Below, piece after piece: positions 20,434 to 28,636 of a DNA stretch of 64,000 bases (its first letter is position 1; the number at the start of each line of letters is the position of its first letter). The translations under genes and the position numbers were made by a program. Below the pieces are notes generated by a model that saw nothing but the letters and a program-made list of their open reading frames with translations, made no database searches and was not told where the DNA came from. Location: assembly GCA_963818475.1 (NCBI GenBank), contig CAWFSF010000006.1, positions 768,001 to 832,000 on the forward strand, in the 5' to 3' direction. Source of the stretch: Nitrospirota bacterium (GTDB lineage Bacteria; Nitrospirota; UBA9217).

Positions 20434-21932
20434 AAATAAAAAAATGGGCCGTTGCGGCAACGCTCGCTTTGTGTGCCGGATGCGCGTCGACTGCGCTTGC
20501 AGCAAACGATACGCCCATGGCGTTCATCGACGCCCAGATCGCAGCGAATGCCGGAAAGAGCGGGGTTTATGTACTCGATACAGGCACGGAGGCGCTTCTG
20601 GCCCGGGCATGGCTGGCAGAAAACGCCAAGGAGTCGATCGAGGTCCAGTACTTTATCTGGAGCACGGACAACATCGGCATCCTGGCGGCGGAGGCGCTGC
20701 TGCGCGCGGCGGAGCGCGGAGTCCGGGTGCGCGTGATCGTGGATGACCTGATGGTCGACGCGCCGGACAAGTGGCTGCTCGCTCTGATCCGGCATCCGAA
20801 TATCGACATCCGCATCTATAACCCACAAGCTTCGGTTGGTGTTCCGGTCCAAAAGCGCCTGTTAAACGTGTTGACCAATTTCCGCGCCGTCAACCAGCGC
20901 ATGCACGACAAGACGCTGGTGGTCGACGGCAAGGTTGCTATTACGGGCGGGCGGAACATGGCTGCTGAGTACTTCGACTACCATCACGAGTACAACTTTC
21001 GCGACCGGGATGCGCTGCTGCTCGGCGACGCGGTCAAAGCGATACAGACGAGCTTCGAAAGCTTCTGGAACAGCGAACTGAGTGTTAAGGTCGAGGAACT
21101 CTACGAAGGGTGGGGCTTGATGCAGAAAAACGTGCGCGTGGACGACAAGGAGATCGAGCGGATATATGGCGAGTTGCACGAGTATGAGAAGTCGCCGGAG
21201 AATTTTGCTCCTGAGGTGCGAGCTGCAATAGCATCTACGCCCGCGGCCTTCGCCCGCCTGGCGCAACAGATGACCTGGAGCAACGTGGAGTTCATCAGCG
21301 ATCGACCCGGCAAGAACGACAATAAAGTTTCCCTTCACGGCGGGGGACAGACCACCTCGGCGCTCGGGCGGTTGATCCAGAATGCACAGCATCGCATCGT
21401 GATCCAATCACCCTATCTGGTACTGTCGAACCAGTCGAAGGATCTGTTTCGCCAGGTCATCGCTCGCGGCGTTACGGTGCGCATCAATACCAACTCCCTC
21501 GCCTCGACCGACAATCTTCAGGCCTTTAGCGGGTATCGAAACCAGCGCAACCGGCTGCTCAAGATGGGGCTGCAGATTTTCGAGTACAAGCCCGCCCCGG
21601 ATGTGCAGCGTAAGCTGATGCAGCGCTCTCCGGGGGACACCGGCAAGGCCCCCGTCTTTTCGCTGCATGCCAAAACCATGGTAATCGATGCAAAAACCGT
21701 CTACATCGGAACGTTCAACTTCGACCCGCGTTCCGAGAACCTGAATACTGAGGTCGGCGTGATTATCCACGACGAGGCGCTGGCGCGCGCGGTGGAGGCC
21801 TCGATCGAAACAGACATGGCGCCGAGCAACAGCTGGGACGCTGACAAGGACGATCCGGATCAGTACGTTTCGTATGCAAAGCGAAGCAAGGTGCTGTTCT
21901 ATCAACTGATGCCCATCAGACCTCTTCTATGA
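20424..21932 (+). CDS. Phospholipase D family protein (ClsC/YmdC-like), secreted or lipoprotein
   Basis: Two HKD motifs (RMHDKTLVVD..GGRN and SLHAKTMVID..GTFNFDPRS..LNTE) and an N-terminal signal with CAGC. Confidence 0.92.
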   Translation: MPIKIKKWAVAATLALCAGCASTALAANDTPMAFIDAQIAANAGKSGVYVLDTGTEALLARAWLAENAKESIEVQYFIWSTDNIGILAAEALLRAAERGVRVRVIVDDLMVDAPDKWLLALIRHPNIDIRIYNPQASVGVPVQKRLLNVLTNFRAVNQRMHDKTLVVDGKVAITGGRNMAAEYFDYHHEYNFRDRDALLLGDAVKAIQTSFESFWNSELSVKVEELYEGWGLMQKNVRVDDKEIERIYGELHEYEKSPENFAPEVRAAIASTPAAFARLAQQMTWSNVEFISDRPGKNDNKVSLHGGGQTTSALGRLIQNAQHRIVIQSPYLVLSNQSKDLFRQVIARGVTVRINTNSLASTDNLQAFSGYRNQRNRLLKMGLQIFEYKPAPDVQRKLMQRSPGDTGKAPVFSLHAKTMVIDAKTVYIGTFNFDPRSENLNTEVGVIIHDEALARAVEASIETDMAPSNSWDADKDDPDQYVSYAKRSKVLFYQLMPIRPLL

Positions 21933-22210
21933 CAGAAGCCGCACGCTATATGCATCCCAATTGGCACGAATTTGCCGCACAAAAAGACCAGTGTACAGGT
22001 TCGCCATTTTCAGCTTCATAATCCCCGTCATTTTTCCTTGCAAGAAATCATTTGCCAGAATTTTTATTGACAAACCTTTGATACTGTTTTATTATCACTT
22101 TTATTCTTTAAAATTAAACGGTTAGATGAATAAATATGTTGAAAATGAAGGATATACGTGGCCCATGCTGGTGCAGGCCGCGACCTAACGTGTAAAGGCG
22201 GATCGAATAA

Positions 22211-23515
22211 GTGGCTAAGAAAGCAATTAACGTCGGCATCATAGGTTTCGGCACCGTGGGAACGGGCACTGCCCGTATCCTGCTTGAGAATGCCGATATT
22301 ATTCAGAGGCGGCTCGGTGCGCCGGTGGTGCTCAAGAAGATCTCTGATCTTGATGTCAAGCGTGATCGCGGAATATCGCTCGGCAGCGTGCAACTGACGA
22401 CCAGTGCTCAGGACGTCCTGACGGATCCGGACATCGATGTCGTTATCGAACTTATCGGCGGGTATAAACCTGCCAAGGAGTTCATCCTGGAAGCGTTCCG
22501 GAACAAGAAACATGTCGTAACGGCGAACAAGGCGCTGCTGGCCGTTCACGGCGAAGAGCTCTATGCTGCTGCTGAAAAAGCGGGCGTGACGCTGGGATAC
22601 GAAGCTTCCGTGGCCGGCGGCATCCCGATCCTTGCGGCCGTCAGGAGCGGGCTCGCGGCAAACAATATTGAATCCATCTACGGGATCGTGAACGGCACCT
22701 GCAATTATATCCTGACGCTCATGACGAACGCAGGCCGGAAGTTCGACGAGGTGCTCAAAGAAGCCCAGGCAATGGGGTATGCCGAGGCTGACCCGACCTT
22801 CGATATCGAGGGCATAGACTCGGCGCATAAGCTCGCCGTTCTCACCATGCTGGCCTACGGCACGCCGGTCAGGTTCGACGACATCTACACCGAGGGAATC
22901 TCGAAGATCACCCCGCTGGACATTGATTTTGCCAAAGACCTGGGCTACAAGATCAAGCTTCTGGCCATCACCAAGAAGGTGAATGGTGAGATCGAGGCGC
23001 GGGTGCATCCCACCATGCTTCCCGAGACCTATCCGATAGCGTCGGTCGACGGCGTTTTTAACGCTCTCGCCGTGGTGGGAGACGCTGTCGGTTCGACCAT
23101 GTTCTACGGCAGGGGAGCAGGAGATATGCCCACGGGCAGCGCGGTCGTGAGCGATGTCATCAGTATCGGCCGCGACATTCTCGCCGGCTCTGTGGGACGG
23201 TCGCCCGTAACGGCATTCCGTGACCGGAAACCGCTCAGAATACGGAAAATGGACGATATCACGTCGTGCTATTATCTTCGCTTCTCGGCACTGGATAAAC
23301 CGGGGGTGCTTTCCCGCATCACGGGCGTACTCGGGAAGAACAACATCAGCATCTCGTCGATGCTTCAGAAGGGCCGCAAGGTGGACGAAGCGGTGCCCAT
23401 CGTCATGATGACCCATGAGGCGGTGGAGCGCGACGTGCGCAAGGCGCTTGACGAGATCAACAAGATGGATTGTGTGTCCGGTTCCACTGTAGTGATCAGG
23501 GTGGAAGAGGGATGA
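22211..23515 (+). CDS. hom: Homoserine dehydrogenase with C-terminal ACT domain
   Basis: GIIGFGTVGTG, HVVTANKA, YEASVAGGIP, GIVNGTCNYIL, GYAEADPTFD, GRGAG..PTGSAV, ACT motif DKPGVLSRI. Confidence 0.97.
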   Translation: MAKKAINVGIIGFGTVGTGTARILLENADIIQRRLGAPVVLKKISDLDVKRDRGISLGSVQLTTSAQDVLTDPDIDVVIELIGGYKPAKEFILEAFRNKKHVVTANKALLAVHGEELYAAAEKAGVTLGYEASVAGGIPILAAVRSGLAANNIESIYGIVNGTCNYILTLMTNAGRKFDEVLKEAQAMGYAEADPTFDIEGIDSAHKLAVLTMLAYGTPVRFDDIYTEGISKITPLDIDFAKDLGYKIKLLAITKKVNGEIEARVHPTMLPETYPIASVDGVFNALAVVGDAVGSTMFYGRGAGDMPTGSAVVSDVISIGRDILAGSVGRSPVTAFRDRKPLRIRKMDDITSCYYLRFSALDKPGVLSRITGVLGKNNISISSMLQKGRKVDEAVPIVMMTHEAVERDVRKALDEINKMDCVSGSTVVIRVEEG

Positions 23516-23526
23516 AGAAAATTAGT

Positions 23527-23630
23527 CAAATTCCCAAATAATAACCAAATACGAAATTCGAATGAGAGAAACGTTTGGGATTTTGAACTTGGAATTTATT
23601 TGCGATTTGGCGATTGTGTTTTGGGATTTT
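23527..23630. repeat. Degenerate heptamer inverted-repeat element (CAAAT/ATTTG family)
   Basis: Left arm CAAATTCCCAAATAATAACCAAATACGAAATT, right arm TTTGGGATTTTGAACTTGGAATTTATTTG..GGGATTT. A similar element is at 36283-36415. Confidence 0.6.
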
Positions 23631-23644
23631 CACCGGAGGTGGTT

Positions 23645-23906
23645 ATGGCTGACGATATCAAAGTTGATAAGACAATCGATCTGAAGGGCCAGGTCTGTCC
23701 CTATACGTTTGTCCGCTCAAAGCTTGGCTATTGAGAAGATGAACCTCGGTGAAGTGCTCGAGGTCATCCTCGACCATAAACCCGCGGTGGATAACGTGCC
23801 CAAGAGCATGGAGAACGAGGGACAGAAAGTTCTGAAAATCGATCAGGTTGGTGAGAAAGAGTGGCATCTCTTTGTCCGGAAGGACAAGGAGAAGGTAAGG
23901 AAGTAA
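23645..23906 (+). CDS. tusA: TusA/SirA family sulfurtransferase (frameshift near 23725)
   Basis: MADDIKVDKTIDLKGQVCPYTFVRSK (CP motif), then AIEKMNLGEVLEVILDH..AVDNVP. GGAGG RBS upstream. Confidence 0.88.
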
Positions 23907-23950
23907 TTTCGGGTTGCGGATTTCGGATTGAAAGATCTGGAATTCGAATT
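23906..23950. repeat. Heptamer tandem repeat arm (TTCGGAT/TGCGGAT family)
   Basis: ATTTCGGGTTGCGGATTTCGGATTG directly after the tusA stop codon. Confidence 0.65.
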
Positions 23951-23963
23951 CAGGTGGAAACCT

Positions 23964-24767
23964 ATGGATTTTACTGAAGATCAAATATTGCGTTACAGCA
24001 GGCACATCCTGCTCCCTGAGGTCGGGGGGGAAGGCCAGGAGAGGATCCTGAACGCCAGAGTGGTGCTGGTGGGCGCCGGCGGGCTCGGCTCTCCGGTGGG
24101 GTACTATCTTGCAGCCGCCGGCGTGGGGACGATCGGGGTCATTGATAACGACCGCGTGGAAATATCGAACCTCCAGCGCCAGATCGCGCACAATACCAGC
24201 AGGCTCGGCGTGTTAAAGGCCGATTCCGCCAAGGAGACCTACGAAACGCTGAACCCTGATGTGAAGGTCGTTACGCATAAAGAACGGCTCACGTCCACGA
24301 ACATCAAGGACATCATCAAGGACTACGACATCGTGGTGGACGGGAGCGACAACTTCCCGACCCGCTATCTGGTGAACGATGCCTGTGTCATGCTCAAAAA
24401 GACGCTCGTGAGCGCCGCTGTTTTCCGCTTCGAGGGTCAGGTGATGACCATTGTACCGGGCGAAGGCCCCTGCTACCGGTGCCTCTTCGAGATACCTCCG
24501 CCGCCGGGGATGGTCCCGTCCTGCCAGGAGGCGGGGATACTGGGCGTCGTGACGGGCGTCATCGGAACGATACAGGCGACCGAGGTGATCAAGATGATCC
24601 TCGGGATCGGCCAGCCGCTCAAAGGGTCGCTGCTGCTCTGGAACGCCCTCGATATGAGCTTCCGCAAGGTCAAAGTGCCGCATAACCGCGAGTGCCCGGT
24701 CTGCGGCGAGCACCCGACCATTACCGAGTTGATCGACTACGAGCAGTTCTGCTCCATGAGCCACTGA
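23964..24767 (+). CDS. moeB: E1-like adenylyltransferase, MoeB/ThiF/HesA family (no rhodanese domain)
   Basis: RYSRHILL, VGAGGLGSP, SNLQRQI, DGSDNFPTRYLVNDAC, PCYRCLF, SCQEAGILG, CPVCG. Confidence 0.93.
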   Translation: MDFTEDQILRYSRHILLPEVGGEGQERILNARVVLVGAGGLGSPVGYYLAAAGVGTIGVIDNDRVEISNLQRQIAHNTSRLGVLKADSAKETYETLNPDVKVVTHKERLTSTNIKDIIKDYDIVVDGSDNFPTRYLVNDACVMLKKTLVSAAVFRFEGQVMTIVPGEGPCYRCLFEIPPPPGMVPSCQEAGILGVVTGVIGTIQATEVIKMILGIGQPLKGSLLLWNALDMSFRKVKVPHNRECPVCGEHPTITELIDYEQFCSMSH

Positions 24768-24768
24768 T

Positions 24769-24802
24769 ATATTGCGGAATGCGGATTTCGGATTGCGGAA
24801 TT
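24769..24802. repeat. Heptamer tandem repeat arm (TGCGGAA/TTCGGAT family)
   Basis: ATTGCGGAATGCGGATTTCGGATTGCGGAATT directly after the moeB stop codon. Confidence 0.7.
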
Positions 24803-24829
24803 AGTACCGCGAACGACGCGGCAAACAAT

Positions 24830-25270
24830 ATGCTGGTGATTACACAGGCAGACATGCAACGCATTTTTGAACATTGCGGACGCGAGTTTCCCAACGAAGC
24901 CTGCGGTATCCTGGGTGGGCATGATAGTACCGTTGAAACAGTATTTCCCATGACCAATGCGCGTCCGAGCCCGCATTACTATGAAATGGACCCGGAGGAG
25001 CAATTCCAGGTGATGAAGGATATGCGGCAGGCAGGGCTTGAGATGGTCGGCATCTACCACTCTCACACGGGTGGTCCTGCATACCCCTCGAGCGTTGACG
25101 TTGAACGGGCATACTGGCCCGGGACGGCATTGCCCAATTACCCTGAAGCCCATTACCTGATCGTTACGCTGCTCGATCGAAAAAAACCAACAGCACGGGT
25201 CTTCACGATAGCGGAAAAACAGATCAAGGAAGCGGAGCTGCTCATTGCTTCGGAGGAGAACAGCCGATGA
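24830..25270 (+). CDS. JAB/MPN+ (Mov34, M67) metallopeptidase, Mec/HcyD-like
   Basis: PNEACGILGG and IYHSHT..PAYPSSVD, the complete JAMM motif E..HxH-x7-S-xx-D. Confidence 0.93.
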   Translation: MLVITQADMQRIFEHCGREFPNEACGILGGHDSTVETVFPMTNARPSPHYYEMDPEEQFQVMKDMRQAGLEMVGIYHSHTGGPAYPSSVDVERAYWPGTALPNYPEAHYLIVTLLDRKKPTARVFTIAEKQIKEAELLIASEENSR

Positions 25271-26499
25271 CGTATGTCAAGAGCCTGCGATGCGTCGAAT
25301 GCGGCAGGGAATACAAGATCGACCCCATCTATGTCTGCGAGTTCTGCTTCGGGCCGCTTGAAGTAACCTACGATTACGAGCGGATCAAGCGCGATATGAC
25401 GCGCCAGAAGGTCGAGTCCCGGCCGCACAATATGTGGCGGTACCGCGAGCTGCTGCCGATCGACGGCGATCCCGTCACGGGGTTCGACACCGGCTACACC
25501 CCGTTGATGAAGGCTCGGAATCTTGCACGCGCGTGGGGTGTCCGGGAGATTTACCTGAAGGACGATTCCGTGAACCATCCGACCCTGTCCTTCAAGGACC
25601 GTGTCGTGGCCGTGGCCGTCACTAAGGCAAAGGAGTTCGGATTCGATACGGTGGCCTGCGCGTCCACGGGCAACCTGGCGAATTCGGTGGCTGCTCAGTC
25701 CGCGCGGGCGGGCATGAAGCGCTTTATCTTCACCCCTGCGGACCTCGAGCTGTCGAAGACCATCAACTCGATGATCTATCATCCGAACCTGGTGACGGTG
25801 GACGGCAACTACGACGAGGTGAACCGGCTCTGCTCCGAGGTGGCGAACAAATACCGCTGGGCTTTTGTGAACATCAATATCCGGCCGTTCTACGGCGAAG
25901 GGTCCAAATCCCTGGGATTCGAGGTTGCCGAACAGCTGGGGTGGAAGACGCCGCACAACATCGTGGTGCCCAATGCCAGCGGTTCGCTCATGACCAAAAT
26001 CTGGAAGTCCTTCAGGGAGCTTGAAAAGCTCGGCCTCATCCCGCCCGTCAGGACCAAAGTGTTCGCGGCGCAGGCCACGGGCTGCAATCCCATCACCACG
26101 GCGATCAAGGAAGGCAGCGATGTTATCAGGCCGGTGAAGCCCAGGACCATCGCGAAATCCCTGGCCATCGGGAATCCCGCAGACGGGTATTATGCAGCCA
26201 AGGTCACGCAGGATACGGGCGGGTATGGTGAAGATTCTACGGACCAGGAGATCGTGGACGCCATGAAGCTCCTTGCCGAGACCGAAGGGGTCTTTGCCGA
26301 GACTGCCGGCGGCGTGACGGTTGCTGCCGCTAAAAAACTTGTCGAATCCGGCAGAATTTCAAAAGACGAATCGCTCGTGATCTGCATCACCGGCAACGGC
26401 CTCAAGACCACGGAAGCGGTCGTTGACCATCTCCTGAGGCCGACGCCCATCAGGCCGAACATCGAAGCGTTCGAGGAGCTGCTGAAGAAGCTGCAATAG
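25267..26499 (+). CDS. thrC: Threonine synthase family PLP enzyme (possibly a homocysteine-forming paralog)
   Basis: N-terminal Zn ribbon CVECG..CEFCFGPL, MWRYRELLP, NHPTLSFKDR (PLP Lys), ASTGNLA, IAKSLAIGNPADG, ITGNGLKT. Confidence 0.9.
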   Translation: MTYVKSLRCVECGREYKIDPIYVCEFCFGPLEVTYDYERIKRDMTRQKVESRPHNMWRYRELLPIDGDPVTGFDTGYTPLMKARNLARAWGVREIYLKDDSVNHPTLSFKDRVVAVAVTKAKEFGFDTVACASTGNLANSVAAQSARAGMKRFIFTPADLELSKTINSMIYHPNLVTVDGNYDEVNRLCSEVANKYRWAFVNINIRPFYGEGSKSLGFEVAEQLGWKTPHNIVVPNASGSLMTKIWKSFRELEKLGLIPPVRTKVFAAQATGCNPITTAIKEGSDVIRPVKPRTIAKSLAIGNPADGYYAAKVTQDTGGYGEDSTDQEIVDAMKLLAETEGVFAETAGGVTVAAAKKLVESGRISKDESLVICITGNGLKTTEAVVDHLLRPTPIRPNIEAFEELLKKLQ

Positions 26500-26508
26500 T
26501 AACTAGGT

Positions 26509-26599
26509 AGGTGAGAAGGCTGAAGGTGGAAGGATTTTCGGGAATGGCTTGATACGAGCAGTGATATACTTCAGCCGTCAGCCTTCAGTCTGAGCACCT
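26509..26599. repeat. Degenerate heptamer inverted-repeat element (GGCTGAA/TTCAGCC family)
   Basis: Left arm AGGTGAGAAGGCTGAAGGTGGAAGG, right arm CTTCAGCCGTCAGCCTTCAGTCTGAGCACCT. A related, more degenerate element is at 39122-39210. Confidence 0.6.
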
Positions 26600-26630
26600 G
26601 CAGTAATGTTTTTTCCAGGAGGATTGCATT

Positions 26631-26909
26631 ATGGCCATCAAGGTACTAATTCCCACACCGCTGCAAAAACTGACGAACGGTCAGGCCGAAGTAGAATGTA
26701 GCGCAACGAACGTTCTGGAGCTGGTTGAGGCCCTGGAAAAGGACTACCCGGGGATGAAGGAACGGCTTTCGGACGGCGGCAAGATCCGCAGGTTCATCAA
26801 TATCTATGTGAACGAAGAGGACATCCGCTTTGTGAACAAGGAAGAGACCGCGATCAAGGATGGGGACAATGTATCGATCGTCCCTGCCATCGCAGGTGGG
26901 CGCGGGTAG
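26631..26909 (+). CDS. Ubiquitin-like sulfur carrier, MoaD/ThiS/CysO family, with GG masked by a C-terminal RG
   Basis: [40 protein letters not shown]-stop. GGAGG RBS upstream. Confidence 0.93.
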   Translation: MAIKVLIPTPLQKLTNGQAEVECSATNVLELVEALEKDYPGMKERLSDGGKIRRFINIYVNEEDIRFVNKEETAIKDGDNVSIVPAIAGGRG

Positions 26910-27019
26910 GTCTCGGGCGTCCGGAAGGTACGCGGGTTGTCGGTCGAAGGGAAATCATAACACCGCAGGCACGGTTTGTATCTTGGTGATCGCTGCGAAG
27001 AGCAAGCCAGGGAGGCACA

Positions 27020-27259
27020 ATGGCGACAAAGAGGGTTAAATTGACGTTTCCGCAGGACTTGATCAAGGAACCCGTTATTTTCAATATGGCGAAGAAGTAT
27101 GACGTGATGCCGAATATCCGCCGGGCCAAGGTCACCGAGAGTGTGGGTGAAGTCGTCCTCGAACTGGAAGGGGCGGATAAAAACCTGGAAGCAGGGATCG
27201 CCTACCTGAAGGAGCGGGGAGTGAAGGTGGAAGCCGTGGAAGGCGATATCGTCGGCTGA
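27020..27259 (+). CDS. Stand-alone NIL domain protein
   Basis: VKLTFP..IKEPVI..Y.V.PNIRRA.V....GEVVLELEG...GV.VE, an ACT-like NIL fold. GGAGG RBS upstream. Confidence 0.82.
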   Translation: MATKRVKLTFPQDLIKEPVIFNMAKKYDVMPNIRRAKVTESVGEVVLELEGADKNLEAGIAYLKERGVKVEAVEGDIVG

Positions 27260-27370
27260 TCATTGGAACAACGGCGGTGCAGCAAAGCAGTGTCCGCGAG
27301 AGTGTCGGGACCGTGGGTCACGGCAGGCGACACGGTGGCATGAGCAGGAACGGTACGGGTGAACCGAATT

Positions 27371-28600
27371 ATGAAATATATCATTCTTCTTGGCGATGGA
27401 ATGGCGGACAGGCCGCATGCAGACCTCGGGGGCAAGACGTGCCTGCAGGCTGCCAGGACGCCGAACATGGACCAGCTTGCCTCGCGGGGGCAGGTCGGCA
27501 TGGTACGGACCGTGCCGGAAGGTTTTCCGCCGGGCAGCGATGTGGCCAATCTTACGGTGATGGGCTATGATCCGCGAAAGTATTACTCAGGCCGGTCGCC
27601 GCTCGAGGCGGCGAGCATCGGTGTAGAACTGGGCCCCGATGACGTTGCTTTTCGGTGCAACCTTGTCACCCTTCGCCTTACGGGCGGCAAGTCTGCCGTC
27701 TCCGGCAAGGGCAGGCGCGCCATCATGGAGGATTTCAGCGCCGGTCATATTACCACGCAGGAGGCGCTCCTTCTGATCGAGGAAATCGACAGCAAGCTGG
27801 GCAGCGACCATCTTCGGTTCTATCCCGGCGTGAGCTACCGCCATCTGATGGTATGGAAGGGCGGCAAGGACAAAATCGAGTGCACGCCGCCCCATGACAT
27901 CCAGGACAAGGATATCCTTGACTACCTCCCGCGCGGGGAGGGTGATGATGTCATCAACGCGCTGATGGAGGCATCAACGGAGCTGCTGCTCGCGCATCCC
28001 GTGAACAAGGCCCGACAGGAGAACGGCAAGCGCATGGCGAACAGCATCTGGCTTTGGGGCCAGGGCAAGCGTCCCAGCATGCCGCCTTTCAGGGAAAAGT
28101 TTGGCATCGAAGGTTCGATGATATCCGCCGTGGACCTGACCAAAGGCATCGGTATTTACGCCGGCTTCGAGGTTATCACTGTGCCCGGCGCGACCGGATG
28201 GCTCGATACCAACTATGTGGGCAAGGCGGAGCACGCGCTCTTTTCCCTCAAGACGAAGGATATTGTGTATGTGCATGTAGAGGCTCCGGACGAGGCCGGC
28301 CACACCGGCGATCTTAAGGGCAAGCTCAAGGCCATCGAGGATTTTGACGAGTTCATCGTCGGGAACATCATGCACGGCATGAAACAGTTCGATGAGTACC
28401 GCATCCTGGTGCTTCCCGACCATCCTACACCGATCGAGATCAGGACGCACTCGAGCGATCCCGTGCCGTTCATCATCTACGACAACAGGAATGAACGTCA
28501 GGGCGGGCCGGTATCCTATGACGAGCAGATCGCGAACCGGAAGGATGCTTTGTTCGTGCAGGAAGGTCACATGCTGATGGAGCTTTTTCTGAAAAAATAA
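27371..28600 (+). CDS. apgM: Cofactor-independent phosphoglycerate mutase-like protein (ApgM family; proposed homoserine kinase subfamily)
   Basis: GDGMAD, TPNMD, PPGSDVAN, GRSPLEAA, FRCNLVT, TPPHD, WLWGQG, HVEAPDEAGH, PDHPTP. Located between thrC and lysC. Confidence 0.88.
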   Translation: MKYIILLGDGMADRPHADLGGKTCLQAARTPNMDQLASRGQVGMVRTVPEGFPPGSDVANLTVMGYDPRKYYSGRSPLEAASIGVELGPDDVAFRCNLVTLRLTGGKSAVSGKGRRAIMEDFSAGHITTQEALLLIEEIDSKLGSDHLRFYPGVSYRHLMVWKGGKDKIECTPPHDIQDKDILDYLPRGEGDDVINALMEASTELLLAHPVNKARQENGKRMANSIWLWGQGKRPSMPPFREKFGIEGSMISAVDLTKGIGIYAGFEVITVPGATGWLDTNYVGKAEHALFSLKTKDIVYVHVEAPDEAGHTGDLKGKLKAIEDFDEFIVGNIMHGMKQFDEYRILVLPDHPTPIEIRTHSSDPVPFIIYDNRNERQGGPVSYDEQIANRKDALFVQEGHMLMELFLKK

Positions 28601-28636
28601 TCAAATCCGGCTTGTCCGGGATAGGGGAGGAAGTCG

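Noticed and set aside
21961-21975. Sigma-54-like promoter TTGGCACGAATTTGC upstream of hom
   Set aside because: The GG-to-GC spacing is 9 nt instead of the required 10. It would only be valid if a base was lost to sequencing error.
20360-22200. attC sites that would make the PLD gene an integron cassette
   Set aside because: I found no RYYYAAC...GTTRRRY pair with a complementary stem after either ORF. The lone ACCTAAC near 22183 has no partner.
23964-26909. E1 + JAB + Ubl as an antiphage ubiquitination system (CBASS/Bil-like) or a Moco/thiamine cluster
   Set aside because: There is no E2, CD-NTase or effector gene and no moaE/thiG. The context is amino-acid biosynthesis with host-like GC.
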